The notes under the pieces are model-generated. The model was not told where the DNA came from and ran no database searches. It worked only from the letters and a program-made list of their open reading frames with translations. Both the position numbers and the translations under genes were made by a program. A stretch of 64,000 nucleotides of DNA from Deltaproteobacteria bacterium HGW-Deltaproteobacteria-2 (GTDB lineage Bacteria; Desulfobacterota; Syntrophia; Syntrophales; Smithellaceae). The stretch lies in NCBI GenBank assembly GCA_002840505.1, contig PHBC01000002.1, positions 517,544 to 581,543 of the forward strand, in the 5' to 3' direction. This document shows, one piece after another, positions 52,092-60,640 of the stretch (positions within the stretch are counted from its first letter, which is position 1; every line of letters starts with the position of its first letter).

Positions 52092-52854
52092 AGAACAAAT
52101 AAAAACCACCGGATTCGTTCTGCGTACGTTAAACTACAGTGAATCGGATTTAATCGTAACATTCTACAGCTCTGATTTCGGCAAGCTCAAGGGAATTGCC
52201 AAAGGCGCCAAGAGAAGCAAGAAAAGATTTGCCAACGTTTTTGAACCTTTTTCTCTGACCAACATCATCTTTACCCGTAAAAGCCGTGACATGCTGGCTT
52301 TCATCGAATCCTGCGATATCATCGACCATCATCACGCCATTCGTCAGGATATGGAAAAAACATTGATGGCGTCTTATTTTATCGACCTCACAGATCACTT
52401 CAGCCCGGAAGGAAAAAAGAATGAGTGTGTATTTCAGCTATTGCATGATTTTCTACTGTTGCTGGGTAGAGAAAAAGCATCCGATGCGGTCGTGCGCTTT
52501 TTCGAAATGCGTTTGCTGAAATTAGCGGGATTCGAACCGACCATTGATCGTTGCATCGTCTGCAAAACACCGGTGACCAACGGCAACTCTTATTATTTTC
52601 ATGCTCATGAGGGTGGAATCAAATGCAGTGCCTGCGCCAAGCCTCAAAGATTTGAACAGCCGATTTCCGCCGGCACAGTGCGCACCCTGCTTCTGGGCAA
52701 AGATGTGGATATTGATAAAATTAAACTAATCTCGTTTACTAATTCTCTAGCCATGGAATCGCGCAGTCTTCTCATTGATTTTATTGCTCATGTGCTGGGA
52801 CGAGAAGTCAAATCGCTGAAGGTCATGGAACAGGTCAGGAAGCTCTGCACATAA
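52081..52854 (+). CDS. recO: DNA repair protein RecO
   Basis: An N-terminal OB-fold pattern (GFVLRTLNYSESDLIVTFYS.DFGKLKGIAKGAKRSKKRF) and the zinc motif CIVC…CSAC. Confidence 0.85.
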   Translation: MVAREQIKTTGFVLRTLNYSESDLIVTFYSSDFGKLKGIAKGAKRSKKRFANVFEPFSLTNIIFTRKSRDMLAFIESCDIIDHHHAIRQDMEKTLMASYFIDLTDHFSPEGKKNECVFQLLHDFLLLLGREKASDAVVRFFEMRLLKLAGFEPTIDRCIVCKTPVTNGNSYYFHAHEGGIKCSACAKPQRFEQPISAGTVRTLLLGKDVDIDKIKLISFTNSLAMESRSLLIDFIAHVLGREVKSLKVMEQVRKLCT

Positions 52855-53027
52855 TACTTTCACAAAGTCTCAGTAGTGGGCAGTTTTCAGAATTTAAGAT
52901 TACCGGTTGAATTTCGGTATTCGATTTTATATGTTTATTTCAATATATAAATATATATTTATGTAAAAAATGTTAACAATGTATTTGAATAAGTTATTCA
53001 TAACATATTATAAAATAACAGGATGCA

Positions 53028-53057
53028 GACCTTTATTTGTGTAAGGTCAATTTTTTT
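53028..53057 (+). terminator. Weak hairpin + T-run in the recO-U32 spacer
   Basis: GACCTT - 9-nt loop - AAGGTC, followed after 2 nt by TTTTTTT. The stem is only 6 bp. Confidence 0.3.
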
Positions 53058-53097
53058 GTTAATATATTTTAACGAAAATATTTTGATGAGGTTTTAA

Positions 53098-54321
53098 ATG
53101 CGCAAACCGGAGTTACTGATTCCCGCAGGTAATCTGGAAAAATTACGAACCGCCCTGCTCTATGGAGCTGACGCTGTATACGTTGGCGTGGAAGGTTTGA
53201 GCTTGAGGGCAAGTTCGTCTGAAATATCTATGGCCGATTTAGCCTCAGGCGTGAATGAAGCACACGCCAAAGGCGTAAAGGTTTACGCGGCAGCCAATAC
53301 GTTCGCCCGCAATACTGATTTGGAACAGGCAAAGAAAATTATTCCCGAACTTACGGCAATTGGAGTTGACGCTCTGATTATCAGCGAACCGGGAATGCTG
53401 AGGCTGATTAAAAGTTTAGCGCCGCAGTTGCCGATTCACTTGAGCACGCAGGCTAACACCACAAATATCGAAGCTGTCCGTTTCTGGCAAGACCAGGGAG
53501 TGCGGAGAATTATTCTGGCTCGGGAACTTAATTTAAATGAAGTCAGAGAAATTGCCGCGGCTGTTCCCGAAATGGAGTTGGAGATTTTTATCCACGGCGC
53601 GATGTGCATGGCCTATTCCGGACGATGTTATTTATCGGCATTCCGCAACCGCAGGAGCGCCAATGAAGGCGATTGCAGTCAACCATGCCGATGGGAATAT
53701 TTACTTTACGAATCAACAAGACCATCCGATCCGTTTATTATTGAAGAGGACGAACGCTACAGTTATCTTCTTAGTTCCAAAGATCTATGCCTCATCGAAT
53801 ATCTGTCCGAAGTACTGGCATCCGGCGTTACCAGTCTTAAAATCGAGGGCCGGATGAAATCGGCTTATTATGTGGCGGTAGTTACCCGGACATACCGGCA
53901 GGCACTTAACACGTTAATGCGCCAAACAAAAAAATACAAATGTCGACACGAATGGATTGACGAGCTTACAAAAATATCCAACCGCGGCTATACCACCGGC
54001 TTCGCGTTCACTGAAGAAAAAATAAACGAAACCAATCCGGAGATTAAATATATTCAAACTTATGAACCGGCGGGGAAAGTGCTAAATTATGACAGAGAGA
54101 ATAAAAGAATTTTGTTTAGCGTTAGAAATCGCATAAAAATAGGTGACTGTCTGGAAATTCTACTGCCCGCAGATATTGTTACCATAAAAATCATTTCCAT
54201 AACTGACAGGAACGGGAATAATTTTTCAGAGGCACACAGCGGTTCCGAAATATATGTTCCATTCGAACACGAAATACAGATGGGAGTTTTTGCCCGTCAG
54301 CAAATCACGAATCATTCATAA
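53098..54321 (+). CDS. Peptidase U32 family protein
   Basis: The U32 signature is EIFIHGAMCMAYSGRCYLS. The typical N-terminus PELLIPAGNLEKL is also present. Confidence 0.8.
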   Translation: MRKPELLIPAGNLEKLRTALLYGADAVYVGVEGLSLRASSSEISMADLASGVNEAHAKGVKVYAAANTFARNTDLEQAKKIIPELTAIGVDALIISEPGMLRLIKSLAPQLPIHLSTQANTTNIEAVRFWQDQGVRRIILARELNLNEVREIAAAVPEMELEIFIHGAMCMAYSGRCYLSAFRNRRSANEGDCSQPCRWEYLLYESTRPSDPFIIEEDERYSYLLSSKDLCLIEYLSEVLASGVTSLKIEGRMKSAYYVAVVTRTYRQALNTLMRQTKKYKCRHEWIDELTKISNRGYTTGFAFTEEKINETNPEIKYIQTYEPAGKVLNYDRENKRILFSVRNRIKIGDCLEILLPADIVTIKIISITDRNGNNFSEAHSGSEIYVPFEHEIQMGVFARQQITNHS

Positions 54322-54402
54322 CAATTTAAAATAATTGTCATATATACCAGATACGATTCTTTGAAGCTGCTTTAGCAATATGTTATTGCATTGTATTGAG
54401 AG

Positions 54403-54457
54403 CTTTGCATAACTCCATTTGCGTCATTCCAGTTAAAACCGGAATCCAGGAAATACT
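54403..54457. repeat. REP-like palindromic repeat unit (CTTTGCATAACT … GTCATTCC-hairpin-GGAATCCAGGAAATACTT)
   Basis: It shares the CTTTGCATAACT box and the GTCATYCC…GGAAT hairpin organisation with 58829-58887. It produces the spurious ORFs 54383-54565(-) and 54396-54677(+). Confidence 0.6.
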
Positions 54458-54673
54458 TGAAAATACTGGATATACCCTAAAGGGCAACATGGCCGACCTA
54501 CGCCGGGAAGACAAAAGTGATGGATTTCTCTGGCTCCGCAGCGTGCCTTTAAAATCTAACAACATAAATCAGGCACGAATAAAATCCCTTGACATTAGCT
54601 TGGAAATAGTTTATTGGTTGAACCACTGGACCAATCAATCACAAGAAAAGAATGGTTTAGAAGGAGATGTACC

Positions 54674-55390
54674 ATGACAGCCAAGAAAGTCTTTTCCCAG
54701 CCGCTTACACGTTCACGTCTTCATGAGGAGATTGTGACAATTATCCAGAAGCAGATTATGAATGGCACGATTACTCCGGGAAGCAAATTGCCTCCCGAGC
54801 GGGAAATGGCGGAAACGTTCAGTGTCAACCGTGCTACGGTGCGTGAGGCATTACGTAAACTGGAGAATCTCGACCTTGTTGAAATCAGACATGGTGACGG
54901 ATTATATGTCAAAAATTATCTGGAAAGCGGTAATTTTGATCTTATCAAAGCCGCTTTAAATTTGGATAAGGGAACGGAAATAATCTTAAATATACTGGAG
55001 GCTCGCAGCTATGTAGTGCCGCAGATGGCTTACATGGCGGCGCAAAGGCGCACTTCCACTGATCTTGAAGACCTTCAGCAGGTCATCTCTAACGAAGACT
55101 TGAGCATGCTGGAACGGGATATCAAGATACATCAGTTAATCGCTCGTTCCACCCATAACTTGCTCTACACTATTTTTCTCAACTTCTTCAATCAGATTTT
55201 CCGCGACTACGGTTATCTTTATTTTGACAACAAAAAAAACGTTGAACGTTCACGTAAGTTTCATCAGGAAATTTATGAAGCCATCAAAAAAAAACAGGCT
55301 GGAGCGGCCAGACGGATTATGCAGGAAGTACTTCTTTATGCAGAGGAGGCCGTTAAAAAATCACTGACCGGCAAACAGAGAAAGGAGTAA
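54674..55390 (+). CDS. GntR/FadR-family transcriptional regulator (wHTH + FCD domain)
   Basis: LPPEREMAETFSVNRATVREALRKLENLDLVEIRHGDGLYV, followed by a helical FCD-like C-terminal domain. The ATG at 54674 has AAGGAGA upstream. The track ORF start (54614) runs into the repeat region. Confidence 0.8.
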   Translation: MTAKKVFSQPLTRSRLHEEIVTIIQKQIMNGTITPGSKLPPEREMAETFSVNRATVREALRKLENLDLVEIRHGDGLYVKNYLESGNFDLIKAALNLDKGTEIILNILEARSYVVPQMAYMAAQRRTSTDLEDLQQVISNEDLSMLERDIKIHQLIARSTHNLLYTIFLNFFNQIFRDYGYLYFDNKKNVERSRKFHQEIYEAIKKKQAGAARRIMQEVLLYAEEAVKKSLTGKQRKE

Positions 55391-55395
55391 ATGCC

Positions 55396-57039
55396 ATGCA
55401 GCGGTTTATTGAAAACCATACAGATGAACATTTTGATGTCATTGTTATCGGCGGAGGCATCAGCGGGGCTTCGGTGGCTTATGAGGCAGCCACGCGGGGG
55501 TTGAAAGTGGCCCTTCTGGAAAAAAATGATTTTTCCTGGGCCACATCGGCGGCCACGTCCAAGATGATTCACGGAGGCTTGCGATATTTGGTCAACGGCG
55601 AGATTATGTTGGTACGTGAGTCGCTGCGCGAGCGCCGGGTGCTGGAAAATATAGCTCCTAACTTCGTTTATCCCTGGCCAATGATGATGACCCATTACAA
55701 AACACCGCTTAAAAATAATAAATGGATCGTCAAAATAGGCATGCTGGTATATGATGCACTTTCCTACGATAAGAATTTTACCTGGGATGCCTGCAAGAAG
55801 ATTCCTTCGCATAGAACCATTTCCAAAAAGGAAGTTATGCAAAACGAGCCGCATGTTCGTTCTGAAGGACTCACCGGAGCGTCAATTTTCTGCGACTGTG
55901 TCAGTATCTTTCCCGAAAGGTTAACGCTGGCTTTCATCAAATCCGCCGCAGCATATGGCGCTAAAGTATCCAACTATACCCGGGTTGAAGGATTCATGAT
56001 GGGTTCCGAAAATAATGTAACCGGAGTAAAAGTAAGGGACCTTTTAAATAACAAAACATATGAAGTATCCGGCACAATTACAATTAACTGCGGCGGACCG
56101 TGGGCGGACATTGTTTTGGGTCTGGCTAAATCGAAAGGCGACGGCAGTTCAACATTGCGCAGGTCTGAAGGTATTCACATTATCACTTCGAAGCATCTGC
56201 TTTCCGGTAATTACACTGTTGCATCCATGACTCCATCCGGCCGTCATTTCTTCCTTATACCCTGGCGCAATCACACTCTCATAGGTACCACAGACAAACC
56301 TTTTACCGGAAATCCTGATGATTATCATGTCACTAGGGAAAGCATTATGGAACTGATAGACGATATCAATTCCTCTTTTAGTGACGGCAAACTAAGCTAC
56401 GCAGATGTAAAGCACACCTACGGAGGCCTGCGTCCTTTGGTAGAAGAAGATACGTCGGAAACTTATTCATCTTCCCGTAAGTACGAAATATACGACAACA
56501 AAAAAGATGGATTAAACGGTCTGATCACCGTTGAAGGCGGCAAATATACGACGAGCCGGAAACTGGCGGAAAACTGCCTCAATATTGTAGCATCCAAGAT
56601 GGAACAATCTCTGGGTCAAAGCGTTACCGACAAACAGTTTCTGACCGGATGTGAAATAAAAAATCTAGATGCCTTCTTATCCGATATTCAAAAAGAAAAT
56701 AGCGATTTCGGCAAGCCTACCATGAATTATCTCGGGCGTAACTATGGTACCGAATACGCTGAAATCATCAAGTTGGCGCGAGCGGACAAGACTTTATCTG
56801 AGACATTAAACGAAGATGGCGAAATTCTGGCACAGGTAGTTTATGCCGTGCGTGCAGAAATGGCGCGCACTTTAACCGATATAGTAATGCGCCGGACCGG
56901 TATCGGCACTCTCGGTAATCCCGGTGAGAATATATTGCGCAAAGTTGCCAACGTTGCCGCTAAGGAATTAAATTGGGATGCGAATAAAGTTGAGCAGGAA
57001 ATCTCAAACACTGTTAAATTGCTTACGCTGCCCAAGTGA
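55396..57039 (+). CDS. FAD-dependent glycerol-3-phosphate dehydrogenase-like oxidoreductase (GlpD/GlpA family)
   Basis: FDVIVIGGGISGASVAYEAATRGLKVALLEKNDFSWATSAATSKMIHGGLRYL is the canonical GlpD N-terminus. The protein is 547 aa. Confidence 0.85.
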   Translation: MQRFIENHTDEHFDVIVIGGGISGASVAYEAATRGLKVALLEKNDFSWATSAATSKMIHGGLRYLVNGEIMLVRESLRERRVLENIAPNFVYPWPMMMTHYKTPLKNNKWIVKIGMLVYDALSYDKNFTWDACKKIPSHRTISKKEVMQNEPHVRSEGLTGASIFCDCVSIFPERLTLAFIKSAAAYGAKVSNYTRVEGFMMGSENNVTGVKVRDLLNNKTYEVSGTITINCGGPWADIVLGLAKSKGDGSSTLRRSEGIHIITSKHLLSGNYTVASMTPSGRHFFLIPWRNHTLIGTTDKPFTGNPDDYHVTRESIMELIDDINSSFSDGKLSYADVKHTYGGLRPLVEEDTSETYSSSRKYEIYDNKKDGLNGLITVEGGKYTTSRKLAENCLNIVASKMEQSLGQSVTDKQFLTGCEIKNLDAFLSDIQKENSDFGKPTMNYLGRNYGTEYAEIIKLARADKTLSETLNEDGEILAQVVYAVRAEMARTLTDIVMRRTGIGTLGNPGENILRKVANVAAKELNWDANKVEQEISNTVKLLTLPK

Positions 57040-57108
57040 TTACCAAAAATATAAACATAAAAGCACCAGCGACGTACTGACAAATCGTGAGCCAAGGTAT
57101 AGGAGGAC

Positions 57109-58800
57109 ATGCTGATGAAATCAAAAATATTCCGGCCGGATTGGACGGAAAAATCGCCTGCGCCCGGTACATACAGATCCATTTTTAAATATGGTGATCC
57201 TCAACATTTCAAACATCCCAGTGATGCCTGGTACAGGATGATCAAACAGGATTTTCACTTAAGTGACACCGATTTTACCAGTAAAGTTAAAGAAGGACTT
57301 GAACAAGTTACTCTAAACCGTCCTGTAGATCTGAAACAGCAGCAGATGGAGGCCATACAAGCCATCGTAGGAAAAGAAAATGTTTCTCTGGATGATTACA
57401 GCCGTGTCAAATACGCTTCGGGGAAAACAACGGAAGAAATGTTGGAGCTTCGTCAGGGAATTATTCATGAAGTAGCAGACGTCGTAGTGCACCCGCGAGA
57501 CAAGCATGATGTTCAAAAAATTGTCGCTTACTGTGATAAAGAGGGAATCCCCGTTACGGTATTCAGCGCCGGTTCTTCCGTGAATTTCGGTTGCCGTCCG
57601 GTCACAGGAGGTATTTCTCTGGTAGTCAGCACTCATATGAACAAGGTTCTGGAAGTCAACGAACTCAATCAGACCGCCCGGGTGCAGCCGGGTATTTTCG
57701 GACCGGCTTATGAGGATGCTTTAAACAAAGCACCCGAACTTTTTGGCTCTAAACTGCGTTATACCTGCGGCCATTTCCCGCAGTCTTTCGAATATTCAAC
57801 AGTGGGAGGCTGGATTGTTACATTAGGTTCCGGACAGGCATCGACTTATTACGGCGACGCTTACGACATTGTGTTCAGTCAGGAATACGTGACTCCGGCA
57901 GGAACCTTTAAAACTCTGGACTATCCGGCTACCGCCACCGGTCCCAAAATAAACGATATAATGAAGGGTTCAGAGGGTGCCTTCGGCATTCTGGTTGAGG
58001 TAACAATGAAAATATTTCGTTACATGCCCGAAAATCGCGCGCGTTTCAGCTTTATGTATCCTACCTGGGACGCCGCTGTAAACGCCAGCCGCGAAATTAT
58101 GCAGTCCGAATTCGGCAAGCCTGCCATTTATCGTATTTCCGATCCCGAAGAAACAGACAGGGGGTTAAAGCTCTATGGCATGCCGGGCATTGTTGATAAA
58201 TTTTTGGTGCTGCGAGGATTTAAACCGATGCAGCGTTGTTTGAGTCTGGGCAATGTGGAAGGCGACAGAGATTACACGCGATTGGTAGCGCGCAAAATAA
58301 AGGCTATTGCCCGCCGCCACGGGGCAATGTCCCTGGGCAGTTATGCCGCACGCAAATGGGAAAAGACCCGCTACACTGAACCATATATGCGCGAGGATTT
58401 AGGTGACTATGGAATTTTGATTGATACGCTGGAAGCCGCTGTAACCTGGGATAATCTTCACCATCTGCATGAAGGTGTTCGCGCTTATATGAAAAGCCGG
58501 CCGGACACGATGTGTATGACGCATGCCTCGCACTTCTATCCGCAGGGCACAAATCTTTATTTTATTTTCATTGCTCACATGAACGATCCTGAGGAATACC
58601 GGAGATTTCAGCACGGCATCATCGACAGCATTCAAAAACACGGCGGATCATTGAGTCACCATCATGGAGTGGGACGCATGATCGGCCCCTGGATGGAAAC
58701 CCATCTGGGGAAAGAACAAATGGATGTTTTGCGCGTGTTGAAACGGCATTTCGATCCGCACAATATAATGAACCCCGGAGGTCAGCTGGGATTGGATTAA
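57109..58800 (+). CDS. FAD-linked oxidase, alkyldihydroxyacetonephosphate synthase (AGPS)-like
   Basis: The FAD-binding PCMH-type region is ADVVVHPRDKHDVQKIVAYCDKEGIPVTVFSAGSSV. The C-terminal SLSHHHGVGR matches the HHHGVG motif I associate with AGPS, rather than the GEHGIG of GlcD/D-lactate dehydrogenases. Confidence 0.7.
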   Translation: MLMKSKIFRPDWTEKSPAPGTYRSIFKYGDPQHFKHPSDAWYRMIKQDFHLSDTDFTSKVKEGLEQVTLNRPVDLKQQQMEAIQAIVGKENVSLDDYSRVKYASGKTTEEMLELRQGIIHEVADVVVHPRDKHDVQKIVAYCDKEGIPVTVFSAGSSVNFGCRPVTGGISLVVSTHMNKVLEVNELNQTARVQPGIFGPAYEDALNKAPELFGSKLRYTCGHFPQSFEYSTVGGWIVTLGSGQASTYYGDAYDIVFSQEYVTPAGTFKTLDYPATATGPKINDIMKGSEGAFGILVEVTMKIFRYMPENRARFSFMYPTWDAAVNASREIMQSEFGKPAIYRISDPEETDRGLKLYGMPGIVDKFLVLRGFKPMQRCLSLGNVEGDRDYTRLVARKIKAIARRHGAMSLGSYAARKWEKTRYTEPYMREDLGDYGILIDTLEAAVTWDNLHHLHEGVRAYMKSRPDTMCMTHASHFYPQGTNLYFIFIAHMNDPEEYRRFQHGIIDSIQKHGGSLSHHHGVGRMIGPWMETHLGKEQMDVLRVLKRHFDPHNIMNPGGQLGLD

Positions 58801-58828
58801 TAACTGTTAATCGGAGATAAGGTGAGAA

Positions 58829-58939
58829 CTTTGCATAACTACTTGTTTTGTCATCCCGAATCCCGACGAGTCGGGATGAGGAATCTTAAAGTAAAAAATT
58901 AGTTCAAAAAAAAGATTTCTCGCTTCGCTTCGAAATGAC
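58829..58939. repeat. Composite REP/MITE-like palindromic element (two inverted units)
   Basis: CTTTGCATAACT box (58829-58840); unit GTCATCCCGAATCCCGACGAGTCGGGATGAGGAATCTT (58850-58887); inverted unit AAGATTTCTCGCTTCGCTTCGAAATGAC (58912-58939). The outer ends GTCATYYCGA / TCGAAATGAC are inverted repeats. Confidence 0.65.
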
Positions 58940-58998
58940 ATTATACAAAGATCTCAAGGTATAAAAAATATGTTCAAGAAAACAAGTGAGGTAAAAAT

Positions 58999-60570
58999 AT
59001 GCCACAAGAAAATATTAAATCAAAAGAAATAATCCTGTCGATAGACGCAGGCACTCAGTCTATAAGGGCCGCCCTTATAGATACGGACGGAAACATACTG
59101 CATATCGTTAAAACACCAATTCAGCCTTACTATTCGGAACATCCCGGCTGGGCGGAACAACAACCGGATTACTATTGGGAGATGCTCTGTAAAACAACTG
59201 GCCAGCTCTTGCAAAAGCAGGAACATCTCAAGGCAAATATAGCAGGCGTTACGCTTACCACACAACGTGCCACAATGATTAATGTGGACAAAGACGGAAA
59301 AGCTCTTCGCCCGGCAATTACCTGGCTTGACCAGAGGAAGGCTGATTCATGTAAGATACTGCCTGGTGCTCTTCGTCCCGTGCTTAAGACCGTAAAACTG
59401 CTGGATACTGTGGAAAGTGCAATACAGGATTGCGAGGCGAACTGGATATGTCAGCAACAACCCGATATTTGGGAAAAGACACACAAGTTTTTGCATCTGT
59501 CCGGATTCTTCACTCACCGACTCACCGGTGAGTTCATTGATTCCGTGGGCAACAACATCGGCTATCTGCCGTTTAACAACAAGACATATCAATGGGCCGG
59601 AAAATACGATTTCAAATGGTGGCTATTTAAAATTGAGCAGGAAAAACTTCCTGCAATGATTAAGCCCTCAGAAATTTTGGGACAGATCACAAAAAAGGCG
59701 TCTTTGGAAACCGGTATACCGGCAGGATTGCCTGTCTTCGCGGCGGGATCGGACAAGGGCTGCGAAATACTCGGTTCGGGATGTCTCACGCCCGAAACCG
59801 GATGTCTAAGCTTCGGAACAATAGCAACTTTTGATGTGGCTACTCCCAAGTATGTCGAACTGCGTCCTATGATACCGCCATATCCTGCTTCAGTGCCGGA
59901 CACATACTACACGGAAGTTTCGATATTCCGCGGTTTCTGGATGGTCAGCTGGTTCAAGGAGGAATTCGGGCTTCAGGAGTGTATACTCGCCGAAAAAAAT
60001 AATGACGTGCCGGAAAAACTTTTTGATTCGTTGATTCAAAATGTGCCGGCCGGGTCCATGGGATTAATGCTCCAGCCTTACTGGACTCCGGGAATAGGTG
60101 CCGACTCTTACGCGAAAGGATCCATAATCGGTTTCGGTGATGTGCACAATCGCGCGTATCTCTATCGCGCCTTACTTGAAGGATTGATCTATGGACTGAG
60201 AGAAGGCGGAGAATTGACACAACGCAAAACAAAAGTGCCGGTAACAAAACTTAAAGTCTCCGGAGGAGGATCGCAAAGTGAAGCCGCAATGCAAATCACA
60301 GCGGATATATTTGGTATGGCTGCGGAGCGGCCGCACACTTTTGAAACATCCGCGCTGGGCGCGGCAATTGATGCCGCTGTGGGACTCAAACTTTATTCCG
60401 ACTTTCCATCAGCGGTCAGAAGCATGACCAGAACAGGAAAAGTATTTGAGCCGTCATTGAAAAATCATCAACTCTACGATAACCTCTATAAAAGAGTTTA
60501 CCTTAAAATGTACGGACAACTAAAACCGCTGTTTAAGGAAATCAAAGACATTACCGGTTATCCGAAGTAA
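58999..60570 (+). CDS. FGGY-family carbohydrate/polyol kinase
   Basis: The N-terminal motif is ILSIDAGTQSIRAALID. The C-terminal motif is VSGGGSQSEAAMQITADIFG. The protein is 523 aa. Confidence 0.85.
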   Translation: MPQENIKSKEIILSIDAGTQSIRAALIDTDGNILHIVKTPIQPYYSEHPGWAEQQPDYYWEMLCKTTGQLLQKQEHLKANIAGVTLTTQRATMINVDKDGKALRPAITWLDQRKADSCKILPGALRPVLKTVKLLDTVESAIQDCEANWICQQQPDIWEKTHKFLHLSGFFTHRLTGEFIDSVGNNIGYLPFNNKTYQWAGKYDFKWWLFKIEQEKLPAMIKPSEILGQITKKASLETGIPAGLPVFAAGSDKGCEILGSGCLTPETGCLSFGTIATFDVATPKYVELRPMIPPYPASVPDTYYTEVSIFRGFWMVSWFKEEFGLQECILAEKNNDVPEKLFDSLIQNVPAGSMGLMLQPYWTPGIGADSYAKGSIIGFGDVHNRAYLYRALLEGLIYGLREGGELTQRKTKVPVTKLKVSGGGSQSEAAMQITADIFGMAAERPHTFETSALGAAIDAAVGLKLYSDFPSAVRSMTRTGKVFEPSLKNHQLYDNLYKRVYLKMYGQLKPLFKEIKDITGYPK

Positions 60571-60640
60571 CAGGAAACTTGTCTTTTGTATTCGGACATA
60601 TATTTTTCTGACAGTAAAAATTCAATGACTGCCGTATTGA

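Noticed and set aside
54383-54677. ORFs 54383-54565(-) and 54396-54677(+)
   Set aside because: Both translate the palindromic repeat unit (…SWIPVLTGMT… / …VIPVKTGIQ…). These peptide signatures are typical of REP-derived pseudo-ORFs. The plus ORF also overlaps the mis-extended 5' end of the GntR gene.
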